The notes under the pieces were generated by a model, which was given only the letters and a program-made list of their open reading frames with translations, did not search any database and had not been told where the DNA came from. From NCBI RefSeq assembly GCF_013149785.1, contig NZ_JABEZU010000002.1, positions 744,001-808,000 on the forward strand: a DNA stretch of 64,000 nt. The letters are read 5' to 3'. Numbering within the stretch: position 1 is the first letter of the stretch; every line of letters starts with the position of its first letter. Source of the stretch: Isoptericola halotolerans. Its GTDB lineage: Bacteria > Actinomycetota > Actinomycetes > Actinomycetales > Cellulomonadaceae. A program made the translations under genes and the position numbers. Positions 19,549-28,930 of this stretch are shown in pieces.

Positions 19549-20691
19549 CTACTCGGAGGGAACCTCGCGGCGTTCGGGCCCGACGTACTGCGACAGCGGC
19601 CGGATGAGGGAGTTGGCGCCGTGCTGCTCGGCGACGTGCGCCGTCCAGCCCGTCACCCGTGCGGCGACGAAGATCGGTGTGAACGTCGGGGTGTCGAACC
19701 CCATGAGGTGGTAGGCAGGGCCGGCGGGGTAGTCGAGGTTCGGGTAGATGCCCTTGCGCTCGACGAACGCGGACTCCAGGGCGTCGTACAGCTCGCCGAG
19801 GTCCGGACGGTCGTAGTACGCCACGAGGGAGTCCAGTGCGGCCTTCATCGACGGCACCCGTGAGTCGCCGTGGCGGTAGACCCGGTGGCCGAAGCCCATG
19901 ACCTTGCGCTTGGCGGCGAGGGCTTCGTCCAACCACGGCTCGGCCCGGTCGGCAGAGCCGATCTCGGCGAAGGCGTGCATGACGGCCTCGTTCGCGCCGC
20001 CGTGCAGCGGCCCCTTGAGCGCGCCGATCGCACCCGTGACGGCGGAGTACACGTCGGACAGCGTCGAGGCGATCACCCGGGCGGTGAAGGTCGAGGCGTT
20101 GAAGGAGTGCTCGGCGTAGAGCACGAGGGAGACGCGGAACGCGTCGACGACGGCGTCGTCGGGCACCTCGCCGAAGGTCTGCCACAGGAAGTTGCGGGCG
20201 TGGTCGAGGTCGTCGCGCGGGGCGACGGGCTCCAGGCCGTGCCGGCGTCGCTGGCTGTACGCGACGATGCCGGGCAGCTGGGCGAAGAGGTGGACGGCGC
20301 GGCCACGGTTCAGCTCCGGGTCCAGCACACCGTCCTCGCGGCCGAGGGTGTCGTCCAGGCCGCCGAGCTGGCTGACGGCGGTGCGCAGCACGTCCATCGG
20401 GTGCGCCTCGAGCGGCAGGTCGTCGATCGCGCGGCGGGTGCGCTCGTCCATCGGGCGCAGGGAACGCTCCAGGGCCTCCAGCTCGGCGAGCTCCGTGGCG
20501 GTGGGCAGCTCCCCGTGCCACAGCAGGTGCGCCACGGCCTCGAACGGCTGGGTGGCGGCGAGGTCCTGTACCGGGTACCCGCGGTACAGCAGGGAGTTGG
20601 TCTCGGGGTCGACCTTCGAGATCGCCGTGGTGTCGGCGACCACGCCGGCGAGGCCCTTGCGGACCTCGGGTGCGGGACGGGCCTCGGTCAT
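19549..20691 (-). CDS. prpC: 2-methylcitrate synthase
   Basis: KGLAGV, YAEHSFNASTF, GPLHGGANE, MGFGHRVY, PNLDY; in operon with prpB and prpD. Confidence 0.95.
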   Translation of the reverse strand: MTEARPAPEVRKGLAGVVADTTAISKVDPETNSLLYRGYPVQDLAATQPFEAVAHLLWHGELPTATELAELEALERSLRPMDERTRRAIDDLPLEAHPMDVLRTAVSQLGGLDDTLGREDGVLDPELNRGRAVHLFAQLPGIVAYSQRRRHGLEPVAPRDDLDHARNFLWQTFGEVPDDAVVDAFRVSLVLYAEHSFNASTFTARVIASTLSDVYSAVTGAIGALKGPLHGGANEAVMHAFAEIGSADRAEPWLDEALAAKRKVMGFGHRVYRHGDSRVPSMKAALDSLVAYYDRPDLGELYDALESAFVERKGIYPNLDYPAGPAYHLMGFDTPTFTPIFVAARVTGWTAHVAEQHGANSLIRPLSQYVGPERREVPSE

Positions 20692-20739
20692 CGGTGCTCC
20701 TTTGCTCTCAACGACGCGCGACGCCGGGTGGGCGCCGCC

Positions 20740-21660
20740 TCAGGTGGTGCGGTGGCGGTGGTGGTCCACCAGGGAGAAGTCGTACACGCCGGTGTCGAAG
20801 GTGTTGTACGCCGGGTAGTCGAGGAGCTCGTAGAGCTCGGCGCGGGTCTGCATGTGCTCCACCTGCGAGGTGAGGGAGCCCTCGGCCCGCAGGGTGTCGA
20901 GGGCCCGGTCGGCGGCGCCCATCGCGAGACGCAGCAGGGAGACCGGGTAGATCACCATCGCGACGCCGGCGTCGCGCAGCCGCGCGGCGGTGAACAGCTC
21001 GGACTTGCCGAACTCGGTCATGTTCGCCAGCACCGGGACGTCCAGCGCGTCGGCCATCACCTCGAACTCGTCGAGGTGCTGCATCGCCTCGGGGAAGACG
21101 GCGTCGGCGCCGGCGTCGACGAGGGCCTGGGCGCGCTCCACCGCCGCGTCGAGCCCTGCGCCGGCGCGGATGTCCGTGCGGGCCATGATCAGCAGGTTCT
21201 CGTCACGACGGGCCGTGACGGCCGCGCGGATGCGTTGCAGCGCGGTGGCCTCGTCGACCACCTGCTTGCCGTCGAGGTGGCCGCACCGCTTGGGGTTCAC
21301 CTGGTCCTCGACGTGCAGGCCCGCGACCCCGGCGTCCTCCATCGTCTGCACGGTCCGAGCGACGTTCATCGCCTCGCCGAAGCCGGTGTCGGCGTCGACC
21401 AGCGTCGGCAGGTCGGTCATCCGGGCGACCTGCCCTGCGCGTCCGGCGACCTCGCTCAGCGTGGTCAGGCCGACGTCCGGCAGGCCGAGGTCGGCCGCGA
21501 CGACCGCCCCGGAGACGTAGACGCCGTCGAAGCCCTTGGCCTCGATCAGCCGGGCGGACAACGGGTTGAACGCGCCCGGGAGCTGCAGCAGCTCGCCGGA
21601 GCCCAGGCGCTCGCGGAACGCCGCGCGCTTGGCGGCGGGGGTGAGGGTGGAGTACAGCAT
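20740..21660 (-). CDS. prpB: 2-methylisocitrate lyase
   Basis: DADTGFG, EDQVNPKRCGHLDGK, LANMTEFGKS. Confidence 0.96.
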   Translation of the reverse strand: MLYSTLTPAAKRAAFRERLGSGELLQLPGAFNPLSARLIEAKGFDGVYVSGAVVAADLGLPDVGLTTLSEVAGRAGQVARMTDLPTLVDADTGFGEAMNVARTVQTMEDAGVAGLHVEDQVNPKRCGHLDGKQVVDEATALQRIRAAVTARRDENLLIMARTDIRAGAGLDAAVERAQALVDAGADAVFPEAMQHLDEFEVMADALDVPVLANMTEFGKSELFTAARLRDAGVAMVIYPVSLLRLAMGAADRALDTLRAEGSLTSQVEHMQTRAELYELLDYPAYNTFDTGVYDFSLVDHHRHRTT

Positions 21661-23177
21661 CAGAAGATCCCGGGGACGACGGCGGCACCGGCGGCCGGGT
21701 CGTCGGCCGGCGTCACGGTGAGCCCGGCCAGCTCGTCGGGGGTGAGCTCGGGCAGGCGCTGGGCGACGTCCAGGAACCGCTCGGCCTCCTCCGTGGTGAG
21801 CACGCCGTCCGCCAGGGTGCGGAACTTGTGCACGTACTGCTCGCGGCCGAACGGGCGGGCGCCCAGGGGGTGGGCGTCGGCCACGGAGATCTCCTCGACG
21901 ACCCGCCCGCCGTCGACCAGCTCGATCTCGACGCGGCCACCGAAGGACTTCTCGTCCGGGTCGGACGAGTGGTACCGCCGCGTCCACTCCGGGTCCTCGG
22001 CCGTGGTGACCGTGCGCCACAGCTCGATCGTGTCGGGACGTCCGGCCCGCTGGGGCGCGTAGCTGTCGACGTGGTCCCAGGCGCCGTCCTGGAGAGCGAC
22101 GGTGAAGATGTAGGGGATGGAGTGGTCGAGCGTCTCGCGGCTGGCCGTGGGGTCGTACTTCTGCGGGTCGCCGGAGCCGGAGCCGATCACGAAGTGCGTG
22201 TGGTGCGAGGTGTGCAGCACGATCGAACGCACCGAGCCCGGCTCGCGCAGCTCGGGGCGCTCTGTCCCGAGACGCCGCGCGAGGTCGATCCACGCCTGGG
22301 CCTGGTACTCCGCGGAGTGCTCCTTGGTGTACGTGTCGAGGATGGCGGTGCGCGGCTCGCCCTGCTCGGGCAGCGGGACCGTGTAGCGCGCCTCGGGCCC
22401 GGACAGGAGCCAGGCGATGAACCCGTCGGAGCCCTCGTAGATCGGGCTGGGGGAGGTCTGGCCACGCATGGCCCGGTCGACGGCCTCGATCGCCATCTTG
22501 CCCGCGAAGGCCGGCGCGTGGGCCTTCCAGGTGGAGATCTCGCCCTTGCGCGACTGCCGGGTGGCGGTGGTGGTGTGCAGGGCCTGCCCGACCGCCTGGT
22601 AGACGGTCTCCGTGGTCAGCCCCAGGAGGGTGCCGATCCCTGCGGCGGCGCTGGGACCGAGGTGGGCGACGTGGTCGATCTTGTGCTCGTGCAGGCAGAT
22701 GCCCTTGACCAGGTCGACCTGGATCTCGTACCCGGTGACGATCCCGCGCAGCAGGTCCGCGCCGTCCCGACCCAGGTGCTGGGCGACCGCGAGGATCGGC
22801 GGGATGTTGTCGCCGGGGTGCGAGTAGTCCGCGGCCAGGAAGGTGTCGTGGTAGTCGAGCTCGCGGACCGCGACGCCGTTGGCCCAGGCGGCCCACTCGG
22901 GGCTGGTGCGCTCGCGGCTCCCGACGATCGTGGCCCCGGCGCCTCCTCGTGGCACCGGGTGCGCCTCGGCCTGGGCGCGGGCCGCGAGGATCGGCGCCCT
23001 GCCCAGCGAGGCGGTGGCGACCGCGGCGTTGTCGATCACGCGGTTGATCACCATGTCGGTGACCGCCTCGGTGGGCTCCGGTGCCGAGGTCGCCACGTCG
23101 GCGATCTTCCAGGCGAGCTGGTCGGTCCGGGCCAGAGGCTCGCCGGCCCCGTAGGTGCGCACGGTGTGGTCGATCAT
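21660..23177 (-). CDS. prpD: 2-methylcitrate dehydratase
   Basis: [39 protein letters not shown]. Confidence 0.96.
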   Translation of the reverse strand: MIDHTVRTYGAGEPLARTDQLAWKIADVATSAPEPTEAVTDMVINRVIDNAAVATASLGRAPILAARAQAEAHPVPRGGAGATIVGSRERTSPEWAAWANGVAVRELDYHDTFLAADYSHPGDNIPPILAVAQHLGRDGADLLRGIVTGYEIQVDLVKGICLHEHKIDHVAHLGPSAAAGIGTLLGLTTETVYQAVGQALHTTTATRQSRKGEISTWKAHAPAFAGKMAIEAVDRAMRGQTSPSPIYEGSDGFIAWLLSGPEARYTVPLPEQGEPRTAILDTYTKEHSAEYQAQAWIDLARRLGTERPELREPGSVRSIVLHTSHHTHFVIGSGSGDPQKYDPTASRETLDHSIPYIFTVALQDGAWDHVDSYAPQRAGRPDTIELWRTVTTAEDPEWTRRYHSSDPDEKSFGGRVEIELVDGGRVVEEISVADAHPLGARPFGREQYVHKFRTLADGVLTTEEAERFLDVAQRLPELTPDELAGLTVTPADDPAAGAAVVPGIF

Positions 23178-23319
23178 GGGTCCTCCGGATCGCGGGGGCT
23201 GGTGGCCGCGCGGGCAGCTGGGTCGTGCGGACCACGCGTCGTCGTCGACTGCTGCTTGGAACCTAACGCCTGGGCCCGACGGCGTCCAAGCCGGACGGGG
23301 GCGCCTCTGACTTCCTGCC

Positions 23320-24536
23320 GTGGCGGAGCAGGCCCCGGACGGCGAACCGGTGACGGTCTTCCTCTACGACTTCGGGACGGACAAGCCCTTCACCGCCGCG
23401 AGCCAGGTCCCGCCGAACGACATCATCGAGCTCTCCGGCGGGGTGAACGTCTTCGGCGACGTCGAGGCCCGCTGGACCGAGGTGACGTGGGAGGCCGTGG
23501 TCGACGCGGAGCCCGAGGTGATCATGATCCTCGAGTACAACGACCAGCCGGCGCAGGACAAGATCGACTTCCTGCGCTCGAACCCGACCACCGCCGGGCT
23601 GCCCGCCGTCGTCGGGCTCCTGCCGTTCACGGTCTTCTCGACGTTCCTCGTCGCGATCGCGGGGGACGCCTCGGCCGACGAGGCGTTCGTCGGGACGTTG
23701 CGAGGGCTGGGCGGGGTGGCGGCGCTGGTGACGGGCCTCGCCGTCGCCCCGCTGCTGGCCCGTTGGCGGTCTCCCCGCACCGCGGCGGTCGGTTTGGTCC
23801 TGCTGTCCGTCGCGGCGCTCGCCGGCTGCGTCGCCACCGTCCCGGCGCTCGTCGTCTTCTGTCTCGGTGTCGGTGCGGCGACCGCCGTGCTGACCCCGGC
23901 GCTCCTGCACGTCGCCACGGCGAGCTTCGCGGCTCGCGCCGACGGCGCCCGGGCGGCGACCCTCGTGACGGCCTTCCAGTCGCTCGGAGCGGTCCTCGCC
24001 GGTCCGGTGATCGGCGCGCTGGCCTGGTGGCTGGGATGGCGGGGAGTCCTGCTGATGACGTCGGTGCTGGCGCTCGTGCTGGCGGCGGGTCTGCTCCGTT
24101 CCTCCTCGGTGACGACTGCCGCACGGGCGCCGGCGGCCGGCTACCGGCAGGCCTGGTCCCGTCTGAGGTCACGCCCGGACCTGGTGGGGGAGGCATTCAC
24201 ACTGGTCTGGACCCTCAGCGGGACGTCGTTCTGGTCTTCACCGCGACCGGGCTCGTCGTCGCCCTGACCGCCACCGTCGTCATGGGCTTCAGCCACGCAA
24301 TCGTCGCGGCGCAGGTGACCGCGGCCATCGCGCAGCGTGGCGGGGACGACACCGTCACGGCGTTCGGCCTCAACGCCGCGGGGATGAGCGCCGGGGTCTT
24401 CGTCGGTGCGCTGCTCGGCGGCGCCGGGCTCGCCGTGGCCGGTCCTGCGGGTCTTGCCGTGGTCCTCGCCCTGCCGGTGGCGGTGGCCGGGGCTCTCGTC
24501 CCGTGGGCCACCCGGCAGGTCGTCGGCGCCGAGTGA
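23320..24536 (+). pseudogene. Chimeric remnant: internal fragment of an iron-siderophore/cobalamin-type ABC binding protein fused to a broken MFS transporter
   Basis: First ~97 codons are SBP-like with no signal peptide, then MFS-like helices; the MFS C-terminus continues in another frame from ~24200 to 24536. Confidence 0.7.
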
Positions 24537-24557
24537 CGAGCGAGGGCGAGGGATCGT

Positions 24558-25058
24558 TCACCGCTGTCGAAACCCTTGCTCCGCATGGTCGGCGAAGGCA
24601 CGGATCACCCGTCCTGGTGTCGCCGCCATCCAGGTGGCGTCCAGGACGACCGGCGTGCCCCACCTCCGCAGCGACTGCTCGGTCCCTCGCAGCCCGGCGG
24701 ACTGCCAGCGGGCCGTGACCTCGGCGGTGTCCGTCACGGCGACGACGATCACGCGGCCCCGCCGGTACACGTGCGGCGTCCGGTAGCCGCGGACCTCCGT
24801 CCATGCCACCCGCAGGCCGCGGTACGTGAAGCCGTCGGCATCGAGCCGCAGGACCACCCGTGACGGGCGGAGCGCTGCTGCCAGGAGACAGATCGCGGCG
24901 AGGGCGCATGCTGCGGCGATCACCGCGACGACGCGGCCGTCCGGTCGGGTCGGGTCGTGCACGAGCAGAGCGGACCCGGCGGCGGAGAGCAGCGCGCTGA
25001 CGAGCGCGGTGCCGACGAGCCGGAGCCGTGAGGAACGGAGCTCGACGGGCGGGACCAC
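24558..25058 (-). CDS. Hypothetical membrane protein (2 TM + soluble domain)
   Basis: Two hydrophobic helices then LRLDADGFTY...VAWTEV, resembling a bacterial PH-like fold. Confidence 0.6.
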   Translation of the reverse strand: MVPPVELRSSRLRLVGTALVSALLSAAGSALLVHDPTRPDGRVVAVIAAACALAAICLLAAALRPSRVVLRLDADGFTYRGLRVAWTEVRGYRTPHVYRRGRVIVVAVTDTAEVTARWQSAGLRGTEQSLRRWGTPVVLDATWMAATPGRVIRAFADHAEQGFRQR

Positions 25059-25067
25059 GGTCGCACC

Positions 25068-25673
25068 CTAGCGTTGCGCTGACACGATGAGCAGGAGGAC
25101 GCCGGCCAGGGCGGCCCCGGCCAGCGGGACGCCGAGGAAGAACGCGGTGTGCAGGCGTCTGCGGGTGCGGTGGTTCGCGACGGCCTCGTGCTCGCCGTCA
25201 TGGAGCTCACCGAGGGGCCCCTCGGTGAGCCAGCGGTTGATCGCACGCGCCGACCCGCCGTGCGTGCGCGAGGTGGACGGCACGTGCAGGACAAGACGGA
25301 GCGGCCGGGCGCGCCGACGGTCGACGACGAGAGTCTGGAGCGGCTGGAGGTAGTACCAGGCGGTGACGTCGTCGAGGTGGATGCGGTGTCGTCGCGTGCG
25401 ACCCCAGGCGCTGCGCGCGACCTCCACCGTCCGGGCTCCGGCGTCGTGCGTGATCAGCAGCTCGTAGGTGCAGGCCCGCAGCAGCACGAGGGCGAGCCCG
25501 CAGGTGAGGGCGGCGAACGCCATCGCGGCCGCCAGCGCCGTGACCAGGTGGTCCATCCCCGCGAAGACCAGGTAGGCGGCCGCCGACATCGCCGGGACGA
25601 CGAGCGTGACGAACGGACCCACGGCATAGCCGCGAACCCCGGGCGGCGAGCGAAGGGCGGCGGGTGTGCGCAC
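25068..25673 (-). CDS. Hypothetical membrane protein (3 TM)
   Basis: Two N-terminal and one C-terminal hydrophobic helices; ends 9 bp before the next gene. Confidence 0.6.
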   Translation of the reverse strand: MRTPAALRSPPGVRGYAVGPFVTLVVPAMSAAAYLVFAGMDHLVTALAAAMAFAALTCGLALVLLRACTYELLITHDAGARTVEVARSAWGRTRRHRIHLDDVTAWYYLQPLQTLVVDRRRARPLRLVLHVPSTSRTHGGSARAINRWLTEGPLGELHDGEHEAVANHRTRRRLHTAFFLGVPLAGAALAGVLLLIVSAQR

Positions 25674-25721
25674 GGCTCGATGCTACGCAGGGCTTCTCGG
25701 GTATGGGACTCCTTCTCAACA

Positions 25722-25749
25722 ATATAAGTGTATTGCAAGATGTTTATAT
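25722..25749. promoter_or_regulatory. Putative ArsR/SmtB operator overlapping the promoter
   Basis: AT-rich imperfect dyad ATATAAGTGTATTG|CAAGATGTTTATAT (10/14 symmetric) centred on TTGCAA; TCTGAT at 25756-25761 suggests a leaderless start at 25768. Confidence 0.7.
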
Positions 25750-25767
25750 GTGTGGTCTGATCGAGAC

Positions 25768-26112
25768 ATGGACACGGAGCCAGGACTGGCCGCAGCGGCA
25801 GAGCTCTTCAAGGTGCTCGGCAACGAGTCGAGGCTCCGCCTGCTGCACCTGATCGGGCAGGAGCCGCGTGCGGTGGGGGCGTTGGCGGACGTGACAGGCA
25901 TGTCGCAGCCGCTGGTCTCGCAGCACCTGCGCACCCTGCGCCAGGCGGACCTGGTCACCGCAGATCGCCGGGGCAGGGCGCTGATCTACCAGGTGGCCGA
26001 CCTGCACGTCACCCATGTCATCTCCGACGCGCTCGTCCATGTCCGAGAACCGGCCGCAGCCGTCAGTGCTGCGGACGAGGAGTCCCACCCAGCACAGGAG
26101 GAACCAGCATGA
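25768..26112 (+). CDS. ArsR/SmtB-family metal-sensing repressor, alpha5 type
   Basis: FKVLGNESRLRLL, SQPLVSQHLRTLR; DLHVTHVISDALVHVRE fits DxHx10Hx2E. Confidence 0.92.
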   Translation: MDTEPGLAAAAELFKVLGNESRLRLLHLIGQEPRAVGALADVTGMSQPLVSQHLRTLRQADLVTADRRGRALIYQVADLHVTHVISDALVHVREPAAAVSAADEESHPAQEEPA

Positions 26113-26405
26113 CTGTCACCGACGTCCACGCCGAGCACACCACGTCCGAGCACGAGCACGGGGCCGACTGCGGCCACGAGGCCGTCCAGCACGGCGACCA
26201 CGTGGACTACGTCCACGGCACCCATCGGCACGCCCTGCACGGCGACCACTACGACGAGCACGAGTCGGTCGCGGAGCACTCCGTCTCCGACCACACCCAC
26301 GGCACGGACTGCGGCCACGAGGCCGTCGAGCACGACGACCACGTCGACTACGTCCACGACGGCCACCGGCACGCGGCCCACGCCGACCACTACGACGAGC
26401 ACTGA
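26109..26405 (+). CDS. His-rich putative metal-binding protein with internal duplication
   Basis: 25 His in 98 aa; two copies of a HGxDCGHEAVxHxDHVDYVH...HRHAxHxDHYDEH unit; ATGA overlap with arsR. Confidence 0.88.
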   Translation: MTVTDVHAEHTTSEHEHGADCGHEAVQHGDHVDYVHGTHRHALHGDHYDEHESVAEHSVSDHTHGTDCGHEAVEHDDHVDYVHDGHRHAAHADHYDEH

Positions 26406-26466
26406 GGATCGCCCGGGGCGTCGAGAGCGACCGCACCCCTGGGCACGACGGGTTCGAGCAACGACG

Positions 26467-26551
26467 AAGGGCGGCCTCGCATCAACGAGGCCGCCCTCTT
26501 TCGTGACGGTGCGCCTGAAGGGACTCGAACCCCCGACCTTCTGCTCCGGAG
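26467..26551. repeat. Left att direct repeat (85 bp): 3' half of tRNA-Arg plus terminator hairpin
   Basis: Identical to 34779-34863. Confidence 0.95.
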
Positions 26552-26644
26552 TTCGACGGCTCATCCAGCAACCGCGTGAACGTGCCGCCCGAGTCGCCCG
26601 AGACGCCCGAGTAAGGGCACGTCGAGGGGACGGGCCGGGACGTT

Positions 26645-26666
26645 TGGCGGGCACCGTGGCGGGCAC
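26645..26666 (+). repeat. Putative integrase arm-type sites, left
   Basis: TGGCGGGCAC-CG-TGGCGGGCAC, identical to 34702-34723. Confidence 0.8.
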
Positions 26667-26725
26667 TGCCGCACCTGAGAAAGCCCCGGCTGCGCTGGAA
26701 CGCACCGGGGCGGGACAGGTGCAGT

Positions 26726-28336
26726 GTGAGTACACCCGTCAGTTCCGAGAGTATCGCTGGGGGCAGGTCCGGCGCGACTGGTCTGGCCGCACTTGGCCGG
26801 AGCCGCAAGCAGTTGGCGGAGTTGGTCGATGCGGTGGGGGTCGCGCAGCCGTGTCAGCGGCCGGTGGTCAAGAAGTGCAGGACGGCGTCGGGCGAGGCGC
26901 GGGAGGTGTCGATCCGGTGTGGTACCCGGTTTCGTCGCCGCTGCCCGAGTTGCGCGCATCTCTACCGCGGTGATGTGCGAGCCGTGATGTACGACGGCCT
27001 GAACGTGATTCGTGATGCGGCGGAGGGTGTGGGCGACGCACTGTTTTTCTTGACCTTCACGGCGCCGTCCTTCGGCCGGACGCATCGTGCGGCCAAGGGC
27101 TACGAGAAGGGTGGTCGGCGGTGTGGGTGCGGGCGTCGGCACGAGCCGGGCAGCGCGTGGCGCGGGGTACCGCTGCGCTTCTCCGAGTACGACTACGTGT
27201 CCCAGGTCCCGTGGAACTACTGCGCGGGCCGACTGCTGTCGCGGACGATGGACGAGGTGGGAAGACTCCTTGAACTGGACGGCCGGCCGACCTACATCAC
27301 GGTGGCGGAGTACCAACAGCGCGGCGCTATCCACTTCCACACGCTGCTGCGGGTAAATCGACATCTGGTGCCGCAGATCAAGGCGGCGGTGCTGAAGGCC
27401 ACCGAGGCGACGAAGGTTTACGCGGGAGCGGGTACTACGGGCGACAAGATCGGGCGGGGCGAGCAGATCGACGTGAAGCACGTCGAGATGAAGACCGGTG
27501 CTGAGGCGTACAAGACGGCGGGGTACCTCGCGAAGCTCGTGGGGTACAGCGCGAAGGATCTGGGCCGGGATCTGCTGGACGAGTCGGCTGCGGCGGATGC
27601 TCTCGGGGTGGCGGAGCGTGCCCGCGCGGTCCACGTGGGCTTCATGCGGGGTGCTGTGTCAGACGCCATGTACGGCCTGGATGATGTGGGCGGTCTGCCA
27701 GCACCGAAGAAGGTCGGGGAGTCCCGTCAGTTCGCCACCCCGGCGGCTGACCTGCTGGATGGTCCGCCGTCCGCGATCTGGGCTCAGGTCCGCAAGAGCG
27801 TCGAAGGGCTTCGGGCGCATGCTGTCGAAGTCGGTCGGCGTGATCTAGTGCCGATGCCGAGCGTTGATGCCCTGGGCGGACTGGATGACGCCACTCTGGG
27901 TGCTTCGGCCGGGGTGGCTCCGTGGGATCGTGAGTCGGTCCCACCCGGTCGTGATGGTGCCGGACCAGGGCAGGGCGTGCTGGTCGAGGTCATCCGTGAC
28001 CGGGGACTGCGCTACGACCTTGTGGACCAGGACGTGGCTGACGACGTGGCGGCTGTGCCTGCTGAAGATGTGGGAGAGGTGGCACACCCTGCTGCCACGG
28101 GTCGGGTCCTGGAGCAGTGGGGGTGGCGGGGCCACGTGGTGAGGAAGAGTCGTCGGTGGGGCATGACGATGACGGAGTGTCGTGAGCGGCGCCGTCGTCA
28201 TGCTGCCGAGCAGCGCGAGACGATGGGATGCGTTGAGGCCGTCGAGTGGCTGCCTGGCACGAGGGTGATGGAGCGCACCGAGTGGGAGGACCTGATCGCA
28301 GCGGCCAGTGCTGCGGTTCCCAGACCACACGGTTAA
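26726..28336 (+). CDS. RepSA-like rolling-circle replication initiator (HUH endonuclease)
   Basis: C-x6-CPSC cluster, FLTFTAPSFG, VAEYQQRGAIHFH (HUH), YLAKLVGYSAK, WGWRGHVVRKSRRW; start uncertain. Confidence 0.88.
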   Translation: MSTPVSSESIAGGRSGATGLAALGRSRKQLAELVDAVGVAQPCQRPVVKKCRTASGEAREVSIRCGTRFRRRCPSCAHLYRGDVRAVMYDGLNVIRDAAEGVGDALFFLTFTAPSFGRTHRAAKGYEKGGRRCGCGRRHEPGSAWRGVPLRFSEYDYVSQVPWNYCAGRLLSRTMDEVGRLLELDGRPTYITVAEYQQRGAIHFHTLLRVNRHLVPQIKAAVLKATEATKVYAGAGTTGDKIGRGEQIDVKHVEMKTGAEAYKTAGYLAKLVGYSAKDLGRDLLDESAAADALGVAERARAVHVGFMRGAVSDAMYGLDDVGGLPAPKKVGESRQFATPAADLLDGPPSAIWAQVRKSVEGLRAHAVEVGRRDLVPMPSVDALGGLDDATLGASAGVAPWDRESVPPGRDGAGPGQGVLVEVIRDRGLRYDLVDQDVADDVAAVPAEDVGEVAHPAATGRVLEQWGWRGHVVRKSRRWGMTMTECRERRRRHAAEQRETMGCVEAVEWLPGTRVMERTEWEDLIAAASAAVPRPHG

Positions 28337-28930
28337 GCGAGTAGTCGGCCTGGTGGCAACCCCCGCGCGGAGCGAAGGGAAGCGGGTGCGGACCCGGCGC
28401 AGTGGGCGCCTAGTGTAGGCCGTTGCGCGGGTATCCGGGCAGAGATAGTCCACCACGGGAAAGAGCAGCCGAAGTTGCTTTCCGACGGTTTCTACTCGCT
28501 TGAGGAGATGGTTCGCCTTTTGCTTCGCCACCGGCTAGGTGTCGCCTCCGAAGCGTGGCCGCTGGACATTCAAGAGACCAACCTAAAGCGTCCGCTTGGG
28601 AAGGTCGCCGAGCGGCTTAGGGGAAAGGCGAAGGTCACGATGCGCCTACTGCACGATCGAGACGCGGCAGAGTCGCCCGACGGCTGATGGAGCGCCCCGC
28701 GTACTGGCCCGCCCCTGAGCATCTGATGCGCCGCGAGGGATCGATCATCGGCCCGCACAGGGACGACGCGGACCAGGTTCTGGCGGCCGCTGCGTTCCGC
28801 CGTTCGCTGCTCCGGGGCCCGACCCCGGCCGCGGTCGACAGCGACGGCTTGCCGTCGCTGAACGCGCACGACATCATCCGGGGTGTGTTCAACCCCGTAT
28901 CGAAAGATCCGCCTGCAACCTGGGGCGCGA

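Noticed and set aside
26510..26551. Second tRNA-Arg gene
   Set aside because: Only the part from the anticodon loop to the 3' end is present; it is the att duplication
28334..28336. Programmed readthrough of the rep stop into the downstream open frame
   Set aside because: TAA is an efficient stop and no recoding signal is visible; a gene remnant or chance open frame is simpler
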